DNA of 64,000 bases from Eledone cirrhosa. Its lineage: Eukaryota. Below, in pieces: positions 39,501 to 54,050 of the stretch; the first letter of the stretch is position 1, and each line of letters begins with the position of its first letter. A model generated the notes under the pieces. The model saw nothing but the letters and a program-made list of their open reading frames with translations, ran no database searches and had not been told where the DNA came from. The position numbers and the translations under genes are program-made. Location of the stretch: positions 63,116,001-63,180,000 of the forward strand of contig OZ024742.1 in NCBI GenBank assembly GCA_964016885.1, read 5' to 3'.

Positions 39501-40070
39501 AACTTCTTACTACCTGTCTCTCTGTCAGTCCGTCATCTCTTAACTTCTTACTACCTCTCTCTCAGTCAGTCTGTCTTCTCTTAACTTCTTACTACCTGTC
39601 TCTCTGTCAGTCTGTCATCTCTTAACTTCTTACTACCTGTCTCTCAGTCAGTCTGTCATCTCTTAACTTCTTACTACTTGTCTCTCTTTCAGTCTCTCTT
39701 CTCTTAACTTCTTACTACCTGTCTCTCTGTCAGTCCTTCATCTCTTAACTTCTTACTACCTGTCTCTCTGTCAGTCTCTCTTCTCTTAACTTCTTACTAC
39801 CTGTCTCTCAGTCAGTCTGTCATCTCTTAACTTTTTACTATTTGTCTCTCATTCAGTCTCTCTTCACTTAACATCTTACTACCGGTCTCTCTGTCAGTCT
39901 GTCATCTCTTAACTTCTTACTACATGTCTCTCTGTCAGTCTGTCATCTCTTAACTTCTTACTACCTGTCTCTCTGTCAGTCTGTCATCTCTTAACTTCTT
40001 ACTACCTGTCTCTCTTTCAGTCTGTCATCTCTTAACTTCTTACTACCTGTCTCTCTGTCAGTCTGTCTTC
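33570..40070. repeat. Near-identical duplicated block with a 90-monomer (3690 bp) offset
   Basis: Six rare markers are all offset by exactly 3690: AACTCTTTAC 33761/37451, TCAATCTG 34031/37721, TCATCTCCTC 34941/38631, TGTAAGTC 35341/39031, CGTCATC 35841/39531 and CAGTCCTTCA 36041/39731. Confidence 0.93.
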
Positions 40071-43000
40071 TCTTAACTTCTTACTACCTGTCTCTCTGTC
40101 TGTCTGTCTTCTCTTAACTTCTTACTACATGTCTCTCTGTCAGTCTGTCATCTCTTAACTTCTTACTACCTGTCTCTCAGTCAGTCTGTCTTCTCTTAAC
40201 TTCTTACTACCTGTCTCTCAGTCAGTCTGTCTTCTCTTAACTTCTTACTACCTGTCTCTCTGTCAGTCTGTCATCTCTTAACTTCTCACTACATGTCTCT
40301 CTGCCAGTCTGTCATCTCTTAACTTCTTACTACCTGTCTCTCATTCAGTGTCTCTTCTCTTAACTTCTTACTACCTCTCTCTCTGTCAGTCTGTTATCTC
40401 TTAACTTCTTACTACCTGTCTCTCTGTCAGTCTGTTATCTCTTAACTTCTTACTACCTGCCTCTCTGTCAGTCTGACATCTCTTAACTTCTTACTACCTG
40501 CCTCTCTGTCAGTCTGACATCTCTTAATTTCTTACTACCTGTCTCTCTGTCAGTGTGTCATCTCTTAACTTCTTACTACCTGTCTCTCTGTCAGTCTGTC
40601 ATCTCTTAACTTCTTTCTACCTGTCTCTCAGTCAGTCTGACTTCTCTTAACTTCTTACTATCTGTCTCTCTGTCAGTCTGTTATCTTTTAACTTCTTACT
40701 ACCTGTATCTCAGTCAGTCTGTCATCTCTTAACTTTTTACTATTTGTCTCTATTTCAGTCTCTCTTCTCTTAACTTCTTACTACCTGTCTCTCTGTCAGT
40801 CTTTCATCTCTTAACTTCTTACTACCTGTCTCTCTGTCAGTCTGTCTTCTCTTAACTTCTTACTACCTGTCTCACTGTCAGTCTTTCATCTCTTAACTTC
40901 TTACCACCTGTCTCTCTGTCAGTCTGTCTTCTCTTAACTTCTTACTACCTGTCTCACTGTCAGTCTGTCATCTCTTAACTTCTTACTACCTGTCTCTCTG
41001 TCAGTCTGTCATCTCTTAACTTCTAACTACCTGTCTCTCTGTCAGTCTGTCTTCTATTAACTTCTTACTACCTGTCTCTCTGTCAGTCTGTCATCTCTTA
41101 TCATCTTACTACCTGTCTCTCTGTCAGTCTGTCTTCTGTTAACTCCTTACTACCTGTCTCTCTGTCAGTCTGTCATCTCTTAACTTCTTACTACCTGTCT
41201 CTCTGTCAGTCTGTCTTCTCTTAACTTCGTACTACATGTCTCTCTGTCAGTCTGTCTTCTCTTAACTTCTTACTACATGTCTCACTGTCAGTCTGTCTTC
41301 TCTTAACTTCTTACTACCTGTCTCTCTGTCAGTCTCTCTTCTCTTAACTTCTTACTACCTGTCTCTCAGTCAGTCTGTCATCTCTTAACTTTTTACTATT
41401 TGTCTCTCATTCAGTCTCTCTTCACTTAACATCTTACTACCGGTCTCTCTGTCAGTCTGTCATCTCTTAACTTCTTACTACATGTCTCTCTGTCAGTCTG
41501 TCATCTCTTAACTACTTACTACCTGTCTCTCTGTCAGTCAGTCATCTCTTAACTTCTTACTACCTGTCTCTCTTTCAGTCTCTCTTCTCTTAACTTCTTA
41601 CTACCTGCCTCTCTGTCATTCTGTCATCTCTTAACTTCTTACTACCTGTCTCTCTGTCAGTCTGTCATCTCTTAACTTCTTACTACCTGTCTCTCTGTCA
41701 GTCTGTCTTCTCTTAACTTTTTACTACCTGTCTCTTTGTCAGTCTGTCATCTCTTAACATCTTACTACCTGTCTCTCTGTCAGTCTGTCATCTCTTAACT
41801 TCTTACTACCTGTCTTTCTGTCAGTCTGTCTTCTCTTAACTTCGTACTACATGTCTCTCGGTCAGTCTGTCTTCTCTTAACTTCTTACTACATGTCTCTC
41901 TGTCAGTCTGTCTTCTCTTAACTTCTTACTACCTGTCTCTCTGTCAGTCTGTCATCTCTTAACTTCTTACTACCTGTCTCTCTGTCAGTCTGTCATCTCT
42001 TAACTTCTTACTACCTGTCTCTCTGTCAGTCTGTCATCTCTTAACTTCTTACAACCTCTCTCTGTCAGTCTGTCTTCTCTTAACTTCTTACTACCTGTCT
42101 CTCATTCAGTCTCTCTTCTCTTAACTTCTTACTAACTGTCTCTCTGTCAGTCTGTCATCTCTTAACTTCTTACTACCTGTCTCTCTGTCAGTCTGTCATC
42201 TCTTAACTTCTTACTACCTGTCTCTCAGTCAGTCTGTCTTCTCTTAACTTCTTACTACCTCTCTCTCTGTCAGTCTGTTATCTCTTAACTTCTTACTACC
42301 TGCCTCTCTGTCAGTCTGACATCTCTTAACCTCTTACTACCTGCCTCTCTGTCAGTCTGTCATCTCTTAACTTCTTACTACCTGTCTCTCTGTCAGTCTG
42401 TCATCTCTTAACTTCTTACTACCTGTCTCTCATTCAGTCTCTCTTCTCTTAACTTCTTACAACCTCTCTCTCTGTCAGTCTGTTATCTCTTAACTTCTTA
42501 CTACCTGTCTCTCTGTCAGTCTGTTATCTCTTAACTTCTTACTACCTGCCTCTCTGTCAGTCTGACATCTCTTAACTTCTTACTACCTGCCTCTCTGTCA
42601 GTCTGACATCTCTTAATTTCTTACTACCTGTCTCTCTGTCAGTGTGTCATCTCTTAACTTCTTACTACCTGTCTCTCTGTCAGTCTGTCATCTCTTAACT
42701 TCTTTCTACCTGTCTCTCAGTCAGTCTGACTTCTCTTAACTTCTTACTATCTGTCTCTCTGTCAGTCTGTTATCTCTTAACTTCTTACTACCTGTATCTC
42801 AGTCAGTCTGTCATCTCTTAACTTTTTACTATTTGTCTCTCTTTCAGTCTCTCTTCTCTTAACTTCTTACTACCTGTCTCTCTGTCAGTCTTTCATCTCT
42901 TAACTTCTTACTACCTGTCTCTCTGTCAGTCTGTCTTCTCTTAACTTCTTACTACCTGTCTCACTGTCAGTCTTTCGTCTCTTAACTTCTTACCACCTGT

Positions 43001-46000
43001 CTCTCTGTCAGTCTGTCTTCTCTTAACTTCTTACTACCTGTCTCACTGTCAGTCTGTCATCTCTTAACTTCTTACTACCTGTCTCTCTGTCAGTCTGTCA
43101 TCTCTTAAATTCTTACTACCTGTCTCTCTGTCAGTCTGTCATCTCTTAACTTCTAACTACCTGTCTCTCTGTCAGTTTGTCATCTCTTAACTTCTTACTA
43201 CCTCTCTCTCAGTCAGTCTGTCTTCTCTTAACTTCTTACTACCTGTCTCTCTGTCAGTCTGTCTTCTCTTAACTTCTTACTACCTGTCTCTCTGTCAGTC
43301 TGTCATCTCTTAACTTCTTACTACCTGTCTCTCAGTCAGTCTGTCTTCTCTTAACTTCTTACTACCTGTCTCTCTGTCAGTCTGTCTTCTCTTAACTTCG
43401 TACTACATGTCTCTCTGTCAGTCTGTCTTCTCTTAACTTCTTACTACATGTCTCACTGTCAGTCTGTCTTCTCTTAACTTCTTACTACCTGTCTCTCTGT
43501 CAGTCTCTCTTCTCTTTACTTCTTACTACCTGTCTCTCAGTCAGTCTGTCATCTCTTAACTTTTACTATTTGTCTCTCATTTAGTCTCTCTTCACTTAAC
43601 ATCTTACTACCGGTCTCTCTGTCAGTCTGTCATCTCTTAACTTCTTACTACATGTCTCTCTGTCAGTCTGTCATCTCTTAACTTCTTACTACCTGTCTCT
43701 CTGTCAGTCAGTCATCTCTTAACTTCTTACTACCTGTCTCTCTTTCAGTCTCTCTTCTCTTAACTTCTTACTACCTGCCTCTCTGTCAGTCTGTCATCTC
43801 TTAACTTCATACTACCTGTCTCTCTGTCAGTCTGTCTTCTCTTAACTTCTTACTACCTGTCTCCCTGTCAGTCTGTCATCTCTTAACCTCTTACTGCCTG
43901 TTTCTCTGTCAGTCTGTCTTCTCTTAACTTCTTACTACCTGTCTCTCTGTCAGTCTGTCATCTCTTAACTTCTTACTACCTGTCTCTCTGTCAGTCTGTC
44001 TTCTCTTAACTTTTTACTACCTGTCTCTTTGTCAGTCTGTCATCTCTTAACATCTTACTACATGTCTCTCTGTCAGTCTGTCTTCTCTTAACTTCTTACT
44101 ACCTGTCTCTCTGTCAGTCTGTCCTCTCTTAACTACTTACTATCTGTCTCTCTGTCAGTCTGTGTTCTCTTAACTCCTTACTACCTGCCTCTCTGTCAGT
44201 CTGTCTTCTCTTAACTTCTTACTACCTCTCTCTCTGTCAGTCTCTCTTCTTTTAATTTTTACTACCTGTCTCTCAGTCAGTCTGTCATCTCTTAACTTTT
44301 TACTATTTGTCTCTCATTCAGTCTCTCTTCACTTAACATCTTACTACCGGTCTCTCTGTCAGTCTGTCATCTCTTAACTTCTTACTACATGTCTCTCTGT
44401 CAGTCTGTCATCTCTTAACATCTTACTACCTGTCTCTCTGTCAGTCTGTCATCTCTTAACTTCTTACTACCTGTCTCTCTGTCAGTCTGTCATCTCTTAA
44501 CTTCTTACTACCTGTCTCTCTTTCAGTCTCTCTTCTCTTAACTTCTTACTACCTGCCTCTCTGTCAGTCTGTCATCTCTTAACTTCTTACTACCTGTCTC
44601 TCTGTCAGTCTGTCTTCTCTTATCTTCTTACTACCTGTCTCACTGTCAGTCTGTCATCTCTTAACCTCTTACTACCTGTTTCTCTGTCAGTCTGTCTTCT
44701 CTTAACTTCTTACTACCTGTCTCTCAGTCAGTCTGTCATCTCTTAACTTCTTACTACCTGTCTCTCTGTCAGTCTGTCTTCTATTAACTTCTTACTACCT
44801 GTCTCTCTTTCAGTCTCTCTTCTCTTAACTTCTTACTACCTGTCTCTCTGTCAGTCTTTCATCTCTTAACTTCTTACTACCTGTCTCTCTGTCAGTCTGT
44901 CTTCTCTTAACTTCTTACTACCTGTCTCACTGTCAGTCTGTCATCTCTTAACTTCTTACTACCTGTCTCTCTGTCAGTCTGTCATCTCTTAACTTCTTAC
45001 TACCTGTCTATCTTTCAGTCTCTCTTCTATTAACTTCTTACTACCTGTCTCTTTGTCAGTCTGTCATCTCTTAACATCTTACTACCTGTCTCTCTGTCAG
45101 TCTGTCATCTCTTAACTTCTTACTACCTGTCTCTCTGTCAGTCTGTCTTCTCTTAACTTCGTACTACACGTCTCTCTGTCAGTCTGTCTTCTCTTAACTT
45201 CTTACTCTATGTCTCACTGTCAGTCTGTCTTCTCTTAACTTCTTACTACCTGTCTCTCTGTCAGTCTCTCTTCTCTTAACTTCTTACTACCTGTCTCTCA
45301 GTCAGTCTGTCATCTCTTAACTTTTTACTATTTGTCTCTCATTCAGTCTCTCTTCACTTAACATCTTACTACCGGTCTCTCTGTCAGTCTGTCATCTCTT
45401 AACTTCTTACTACATGTCTCTCTGTCAGTCTGTCATCTCTTAACTTCTTACTACCTGTCTCTCTGTCAGTCTGTCATCTCTTAACTTCTTACTACCTGTC
45501 TCTCTTTCAGTCTGTCATCTCTTAACTCCTTACTACCTGTCTCTCTGTCAGTCTGTCTTCTCTTAACTTCTTACTACCTGTCTCTCTGTCTGTCTGTCTT
45601 CTCTTAACTTCTTACTACCTGTCTCTCTGTCAGTCTGTCATCTCTTAACTTCTTACTACCTGTCTCTCAGTCAGTCTGTCTTCTCTTAACTTCTTACTAC
45701 CTGTCTCTCTGTCAGTCTGTAATCTCTTAACTTCTTACTACATGTCTCTCTGCCAGTCTGTCTTCTCTTAACTTCTTACTACCTGTCTCTCTGTCAGTCT
45801 GTCATCTCTTAACTTCTTACTACCTGTCTCTCAGTCAGTCTGTCATCTCTTAACTTTTTACTACTTGTCTCTCTTTCAGTCTCTCTTCTCTTAACTTCTT
45901 ACTACCTGTCTCTCTGTCAGTCTTTCATCTCTTAACTTCTTACTACCTGTCTCTCTGTCAGTCTGTCATCTCTTAACTTCTTACTACCTGTCTCTCTGTC

Positions 46001-48099
46001 AGTCTGTCATCTCTTAACTTCTTACTACATGTCTCTCTGCCAGTCTGTCTTCTCTTAACTTCTTACTACCTGTCTCTCTGTCAGTCTGTCATCTCTTAAC
46101 TTCTTACTACCTGTCTCTCTGTCAGTCTGTCATCTCTTAACTTTTTACTATCTGTCTCTCATTCAGTCTCTCTTCTCTTAACTTCTTACTACCTGTCTCT
46201 CTGTCAGACTGTCATCTCTTAAATTCTTACTACCTGTCTCTCTGTCAGTCTGTCATCTCTTAACTTCTAACTACCTGTCTCTCTGTCAGTTTGTCATCTC
46301 TTAACTTCTTACTACCTCTCTCTCAGTCAGTCTGTCTTCTCTTAACTTCTTACTACCTGCCTCTCTGTCAGTCTGTCTTCTCTTAACTTCTTACTACCTG
46401 TCTCTCTGTCAGTCTGTCATCTCTTAACTTCTTACTACCTGTCTCTCAGTCAGTCTGTCTTCTCTTAACTTCTTACTACCTGTCTCTCAGTCAGTCTGTC
46501 TTCTCTTAACTTCTTACTACCTGTCTCTCTGTCAGTCTGTCATCTCTTAACTTCTTACTACATGTCTCTCTGTCAGTCTGTCTTCTCTTAACTTCTTACT
46601 ACCTGTCTCTCTGTCAGTCTGTCATCTCTTAACTTCTTACTACCTGTCTCTCAGTCAGTCTGTCATCTCTTAACTTTTTACTATTTGTCTCTCTTTCAGT
46701 CTCTCTTCTCTTAACTTCTTACTACCTGTCTCTCTGTCAGTCTTTCATCTCTTAACTTCTTACTACCTGTCTCTCTGTCAGTCTGTCTTCTCTTAACTTC
46801 TTACTACCTGTCTCACTGTCAGTCTGTCATCTCTTAACTTCTTACTACCTGTCTCTCTGTCAGTCTGTCATCTCTTAACTTCTTACTACCTGTCTCTCTG
46901 TCAGTCTGTTTTCTATTAACTACTTGCTACCTGTCTCTCTGTCAGTCTGTCATCTCTTAACTTCTTACTACCTGTCTCTCTGTCAGTCTGTCATGTCTTA
47001 ACTTTTTACTATCTGTCTCTCATTCAGTCTCTCTTCTCTTAACTTCTTACTACCTGTCTCTCTGTCAGTCTGTCATCTCTTAACTTCTTACTACCTGTCT
47101 CTCTGTCAGTCTGTCATCTCTTAACTTCTAACTACCTGTCTCTCTGTCAGTTTGTCATCTCTTAACTTCTTACTACCTCTCTCTCAGTCAGTCTGTCTTC
47201 TCTTAACTTCTTACTACCTGTCTCTCTGTCAGTCTGTCTTCTCTTAAATACTTACTACCTGTCTCTCTGTCAGTCTGTCATCTCTTAACTTCTTACTACA
47301 TGTCTCTCTGTCAGTCTGTCTTCTCTTAACTTCTTACTACCTGTCTCTCTGTTAGTCTGTCAATTCTTCACTTCTTACTACCTGCCTCTCTGTCAGTCTG
47401 TCTTCTCTTAACTTCTTACTACCTGTTTCTCTGTCAGTCTGTCATCTCTTAACTTCTTACTACATGTCTCTCTGTCAGTCTGTCTTCTCTTAACTTCTTA
47501 CTACCTGTCTCTCTGTCAGTCTGTCTTCTCTTAACTTCTTACTACCTGTCTCTCTGTCAGTCTGTCATCTCTTAACTTCTTACTACCTGTCTCTCTGCCA
47601 GTCTGTCTTCTCTTAACTTCTTACTACCTGTCTCTCTGTCAGTCTGTCATCTCTTAACTTCTTACTACCTGTCTCTCAGTCAGTCTGTCATCTCTTAACT
47701 TTTTACTACTTGTCTCTCTTTCAGTCTCTCTTCTCTTAACTTCTTACTACCTGTCTCTCTGTCAGTCTGTCTTCTCTTAACTTCTTACTACATGTCTCTC
47801 TGTCAGTCTGTCTTCTCTTAACTTCTTACTACCTGTCTCTCTGTTAGTCTGTCAATTCTTCACTTCTTACTACCTGCCTCTCTGTCAGTCTGTCTTCTCT
47901 TAACTTCTTACTACCTGTTTCTCTGTCAGTCTGTCATCTCTTAACTTCTTACTACATGTCTCTCTGTCAGTCTGTCTTCTCTTAACTTCTTACTACCTGT
48001 CTCTCTGTCAGTCTGTCTTCTCTTAACTTCTTACTACCTGTCTCTCTGTCAGTCTATCATCTCTTAACTTCTTACTACCTGTCTCTCTGCCAGTCTGTC

Positions 48100-51000
48100 T
48101 TCTCTTAACTTCTTACTACCTGTCTCTCTGTCAGTCTGTCATGTCTTAACTTCTTACTACCTGTCTCTCTGTCAGTCTGTCATCTCTTAACTTCTTACTA
48201 CCTGTCTCTCTGTCAGTCTGTCTTCGCTTAACTTCTTACTACATGTCTCTCTGTCAGTCTGTCTTCTCTTAACTTCTTACTACCTGTCTCTCTCTCAGTC
48301 TGTCATCTCTTAACTTCTTACTCTCTGTCTCTCTGTCAGTCTGTGTTCTCTTAACTCCTTACTACCTGCCTCTCTGTCAGTCTGTCATCTCTTAACTTCT
48401 TACTACCTGTCTCTCTGTCAGTCTGTCATCTCTTAACTTTTTACTATCTGTCTCTCATTCAGTCTCTCTTCTCTTAACTTCTTACTACCTGTCTCTCTGT
48501 CAGTCTGTCATCTCTTAACTTCTTACTACCTGTCTCTCTGTCAGTCTGTCATCTCTTAACTTCTAACTACCTGTCTCTCTGTCAGTTTGTCATCACTTAA
48601 CTTCTTACTAACTCTCTCTCAGTCAGTCTGTCTTCTTTTAACTTCTTACTACCTGTCTCTCTGTCAGTCTGTCATCTCTTAACTTCTTACTATCTGCCTC
48701 TCTGTCAGTCTGACATCTCTTAACTTCTTACTACCTGCCTCTCTGTCAGTCTGTCTTCTCTTAACTTCTTACTACCTGCCTCTCTGTCAGTCTGACATCT
48801 CTTAACTTCTTACTACCTGCCTCTCTGTCAGTCTGTTATCTCTTAACTTCTTACTACCTGTCTCTCTGTCAGTCTGTCTTCTCTTAACTTCTTACTACCT
48901 GTCTCTCTGTCAGTCTCTCTTCTCTTAACTTCTTACTACCTGTCTCTCTGTCAGTCTGTCATCTCTTAACTTTTTACTATCTGTCTCTCATTCAGTCTCT
49001 CTTCTCTTAACTTCTTACTACCTGTCTCTCTGTCTGTCATCTCTTAACTTCTTACTACCTGTCTCTCTGTCAGTCTGTCATCTCTTAACTTCTTACTACC
49101 TGTCTCTCTGTCTGTCTGTCATCTCTTAACTTCTTACTACCTGTCTCTCTGTCAGTCTGTCTTCTCTTAACTTCTTACTACCTGTCTCTCAGTCAGTCTG
49201 TCTTCTCTTAACTTCTTACTACCTCTCTCTCTGTCAGTCTGTTATCTCTTAACTTCTAACTACTTGTCTCTCTGTCAGTCTGTCTTCTCTTAACTTCTTA
49301 CTACCTGTCTCTCTGTCAGTCTGTCATCTCTTAACTTCTTACTACCTGTCTCTCTGTCAGTCTGTCATCTCTTAACTTCTTACTACCTGTCTCTCTGTCA
49401 GTCTGTCTTCTCTTAACTTCTTACTACCTGTCTCTCTGTCAGTCTCTCTTCTCTTAACTTCTTACTACCTGTCTCTCTGTCAGTCTGTCATCTCTTAACT
49501 TTTTACTATCTGTCTCTCATTCAGTCTCTCTTCTCTTAACTTCTTACTACCTGTCTCTCTGTCTGTCATCTCTTAACTTCTTACTACCTGTCTCTCTGTC
49601 TGTCTTCTCTTAACTTCTTACTACCTGTCTCTCAGTCAGTCTGTCTTCTCTTAACTTCTTACTACCTCTCTCTCTGTCAGTCTGTTATCTCTTAACTTCT
49701 AACTACTTGTCTCTCTGTCAGTCTGTCTTCTCTTAACTTCTTACTACCTGTCTCTCTGTCAGTCTGTCATCTCTTAACTTCTTACTACCTGTCTCTCTGT
49801 CAGTCTGTCATCTCTTAACTTCTTACTACCTGTCTCTCTGTCAGTCTGTCATCTCTTAACTTCTTACTACCTGTCTCTCTGTCAGTCTGTCATCTCTTAA
49901 CTTCTTACTACCTGTCTCTCAGTCAGTCTGTCTTCTCTTAACTTCTTACTACCTCTCTCTCTGTCAGTCTGTTATCTCTTAACTTCTTACTACCTGCCTC
50001 TCTGTCAGTCTGACATCTCTTAACCTCTTACTACCTGCCTCTCTGTCAGTCTGTCATCTCTTAACTTCTTACTACCTGTCTCTCTGTCAGTCTGTCATCT
50101 CTTAACTTCTTACTACCTGTCTCTCATTCAGTCTCTCTTCTCTTAACTTCTTACTACCTCTCTCTCTGTCAGTCTGTTATCTCTTAACTTCTTACTACCT
50201 CTCTCTCTGTCAGTCTGTTATCTCTTAACTTCTTACTACCTGCCTCTCTGTCAGTCTGACATCTCTTAACTTCTTACTACCTGCCTCTCTGTCAGTCTGT
50301 TATCTCTTAACTTCTTACTACCTGTATCTCAGTCAGTCTGTCATCTCTTAACTTTTTACTATTTGTCTCTCTTTCAGTCTCTCTTCTCTTAACTTCTTAC
50401 TACCTGTCTCTCTGTCAGTCTTTCATCTCTTAACTTCTTACTACCTGTCTCTCTGTCAGTCTGTCTTCTCTTAACTTCTTACTACCTGTCTCACTGTCAG
50501 TCTTTCATCTCTTAACTTCTTACCACCTGTCTCTCTGTCAGTCTGTCTTCTGTTAACTTCTTACTACCTGTCACTCTGTCAGTCTGTCATCTCTTAACTA
50601 CTTACTATCTGTCTCTCTGTCAGTCTGTGTTCTCTTAACTCCTTACTACCTGTCTCTCTGTCAGTCTGTCATCTCTTAACTTCTTACTACCTGTCTCTCT
50701 GTCAGTCTGTCTTCTCTTAACTTCGTACTACATGTCTCTCTGTCAGTCTGTCTTCTCTTAACTTCTTACTACCTGTCTCACTGTCAGTCTGTCATCTCTT
50801 AACTTCTTACTACCTGTCTCTCTGTCAGTCTGTCATCTCTTAACTTCTAACTACCTGTCTCTCTGTCAGTCTGTCTTCTATTTACTTCTTACTACCTGTC
50901 TCTCTGTCAGTCTGTCATCTCTTAACATCTTACTACCTGTCTCTCTGTCAGTCTGTCTTCTGTTAACTTCTTACTACCTGTCACTCTGTCAGTCTGTCAT

Positions 51001-54000
51001 CTCTTAACTACTTACTATCTGTCTCTCTGTCAGTCTGTGTTCTCTTAACTCCTTACTACCTGTCTCTCTGTCAGTCTGTCTTCTCTTAACTTCTTACTAC
51101 CTGTCTCTCTGTCAGTCTGTCATGTCTTAACTTCTTACTACCTGTCTCTCTGTCAGTCTGTCATCTCTTAACTTCTTACTACCTGTCTCTCTGTCAGTCT
51201 GTCTTCGCTTAACTTCTTACTACATGTCTCTCTGTCAGTCTGTCTTCTCTTAACTTCTTACTACCTGTCTCTCTCTCAGTCTGTCATCTCTTAACTTCTT
51301 ACTCTCTGTCTCTCTGTCAGTCTGTGTTCTCTTAACTCCTTACTACCTGCCTCTCTGTCAGTCTGTCATCTCTTAACTTCTTACTACCTGTCTCTCTGTC
51401 AGTCTGTCATCTCTTAACTTTTTACTATCTGTCTCTCATTCAGTCTCTCTTCTCTTAACTTCTTACTACCTGTCTCTCTGTCAGTCTGTCATCTCTTAAC
51501 TTCTTACTACCTGTCTCTCTGTCAGTCTGTCATCTCTTAACTTCTAACTACCTGTCTCTCTGTCAGTTTGTCATCACTTAACTTCTTACTAACTCTCTCT
51601 CAGTCAGTCTGTCTTCTTTTAACTTCTTACTACCTGTCTCTCTGTCAGTCTGTCATCTCTTAACTTCTTACTATCTGCCTCTCTGTCAGTCTGACATCTC
51701 TTAACTTCTTACTACCTGCCTCTCTGTCAGTCTGTCTTCTCTTAACTTCTTACTACCTGCCTCTCTGTCAGTCTGACATCTCTTAACTTCTTACTACCTG
51801 CCTCTCTGTCAGTCTGTTATCTCTTAACTTCTTACTACCTGTCTCTCTGTCAGTCTGTCTTCTCTTAACTTCTTACTACCTGTCTCTCTGTCAGTCTCTC
51901 TTCTCTTAACTTCTTACTACCTGTCTCTCTGTCAGTCTGTCATCTCTTAACTTTTTACTATCTGTCTCTCATTCAGTCTCTCTTCTCTTAACTTCTTACT
52001 ACCTGTCTCTCTGTCTGTCATCTCTTAACTTCTTACTACCTGTCTCTCTGTCAGTCTGTCATCTCTTAACTTCTTACTACCTGTCTCTCTGTCTGTCTGT
52101 CATCTCTTAACTTCTTACTACCTGTCTCTCTGTCAGTCTGTCTTCTCTTAACTTCTTACTACCTGTCTCTCAGTCAGTCTGTCTTCTCTTAACTTCTTAC
52201 TACCTCTCTCTCTGTCAGTCTGTTATCTCTTAACTTCTAACTACTTGTCTCTCTGTCAGTCTGTCTTCTCTTAACTTCTTACTACCTGTCTCTCTGTCAG
52301 TCTGTCATCTCTTAACTTCTTACTACCTGTCTCTCTGTCAGTCTGTCATCTCTTAACTTCTTACTACCTGTCTCTCTGTCAGTCTGTCTTCTCTTAACTT
52401 CTTACTACCTGTCTCTCTGTCAGTCTCTCTTCTCTTAACTTCTTACTACCTGTCTCTCTGTCAGTCTGTCATCTCTTAACTTTTTACTATCTGTCTCTCA
52501 TTCAGTCTCTCTTCTCTTAACTTCTTACTACCTGTCTCTCTGTCTGTCATCTCTTAACTTCTTACTACCTGTCTCTCTGTCTGTCTTCTCTTAACTTCTT
52601 ACTACCTGTCTCTCAGTCAGTCTGTCTTCTCTTAACTTCTTACTACCTCTCTCTCTGTCAGTCTGTTATCTCTTAACTTCTAACTACTTGTCTCTCTGTC
52701 AGTCTGTCTTCTCTTAACTTCTTACTACCTGTCTCTCTGTCAGTCTGTCATCTCTTAACTTCTTACTACCTGTCTCTCTGTCAGTCTGTCATCTCTTAAC
52801 TTCTTACTACCTGTCTCTCTGTCAGTCTGTCATCTCTTAACTTCTTACTACCTGTCTCTCTGTCAGTCTGTCATCTCTTAACTTCTTACTACCTGTCTCT
52901 CAGTCAGTCTGTCTTCTCTTAACTTCTTACTACCTCTCTCTCTGTCAGTCTGTTATCTCTTAACTTCTTACTACCTGCCTCTCTGTCAGTCTGACATCTC
53001 TTAACCTCTTACTACCTGCCTCTCTGTCAGTCTGTCATCTCTTAACTTCTTACTACCTGTCTCTCTGTCAGTCTGTCATCTCTTAACTTCTTACTACCTG
53101 TCTCTCATTCAGTCTCTCTTCTCTTAACTTCTTACTACCTCTCTCTCTGTCAGTCTGTTATCTCTTAACTTCTTACTACCTCTCTCTCTGTCAGTCTGTT
53201 ATCTCTTAACTTCTTACTACCTGCCTCTCTGTCAGTCTGACATCTCTTAACTTCTTACTACCTGCCTCTCTGTCAGTCTGTTATCTCTTAACTTCTTACT
53301 ACCTGTATCTCAGTCAGTCTGTCATCTCTTAACTTTTTACTATTTGTCTCTCTTTCAGTCTCTCTTCTCTTAACTTCTTACTACCTGTCTCTCTGTCAGT
53401 CTTTCATCTCTTAACTTCTTACTACCTGTCTCTCTGTCAGTCTGTCTTCTCTTAACTTCTTACTACCTGTCTCACTGTCAGTCTTTCATCTCTTAACTTC
53501 TTACCACCTGTCTCTCTGTCAGTCTGTCTTCTGTTAACTTCTTACTACCTGTCACTCTGTCAGTCTGTCATCTCTTAACTACTTACTATCTGTCTCTCTG
53601 TCAGTCTGTGTTCTCTTAACTCCTTACTACCTGTCTCTCTGTCAGTCTGTCATCTCTTAACTTCTTACTACCTGTCTCTCTGTCAGTCTGTCTTCTCTTA
53701 ACTTCGTACTACATGTCTCTCTGTCAGTCTGTCTTCTCTTAACTTCTTACTACCTGTCTCACTGTCAGTCTGTCATCTCTTAACTTCTTACTACCTGTCT
53801 CTCTGTCAGTCTGTCATCTCTTAACTTCTAACTACCTGTCTCTCTGTCAGTCTGTCTTCTATTAACTTCTTACTACCTGTCTCTCTGTCAGTCTGTCATC
53901 TCTTAACATCTTACTACCTGTCTCTCTGTCAGTCTGTCTTCTGTTAACTTCTTACTACCTGTCACTCTGTCAGTCTGTCATCTCTTAACTACTTACTATC

Positions 54001-54050
54001 TGTCTCTCTGTCAGTCTGTGTTCTCTTAACTCCTTACTACCTGTCTCTCT
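48100..54050. repeat. Tandem duplication of 2981 bp (73 monomers minus three 4-bp deletions), with a third partial copy from about 56.85 kb
   Basis: TCTTCGCTTA 48221/51202, CATCACTTAA 48591/51572 and the deleted monomer TGTCTGTCAT 49031/52012 are all offset by 2981. A third deleted monomer at 57125 lies 5113 (125x41-12) from 52012. Confidence 0.92.
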
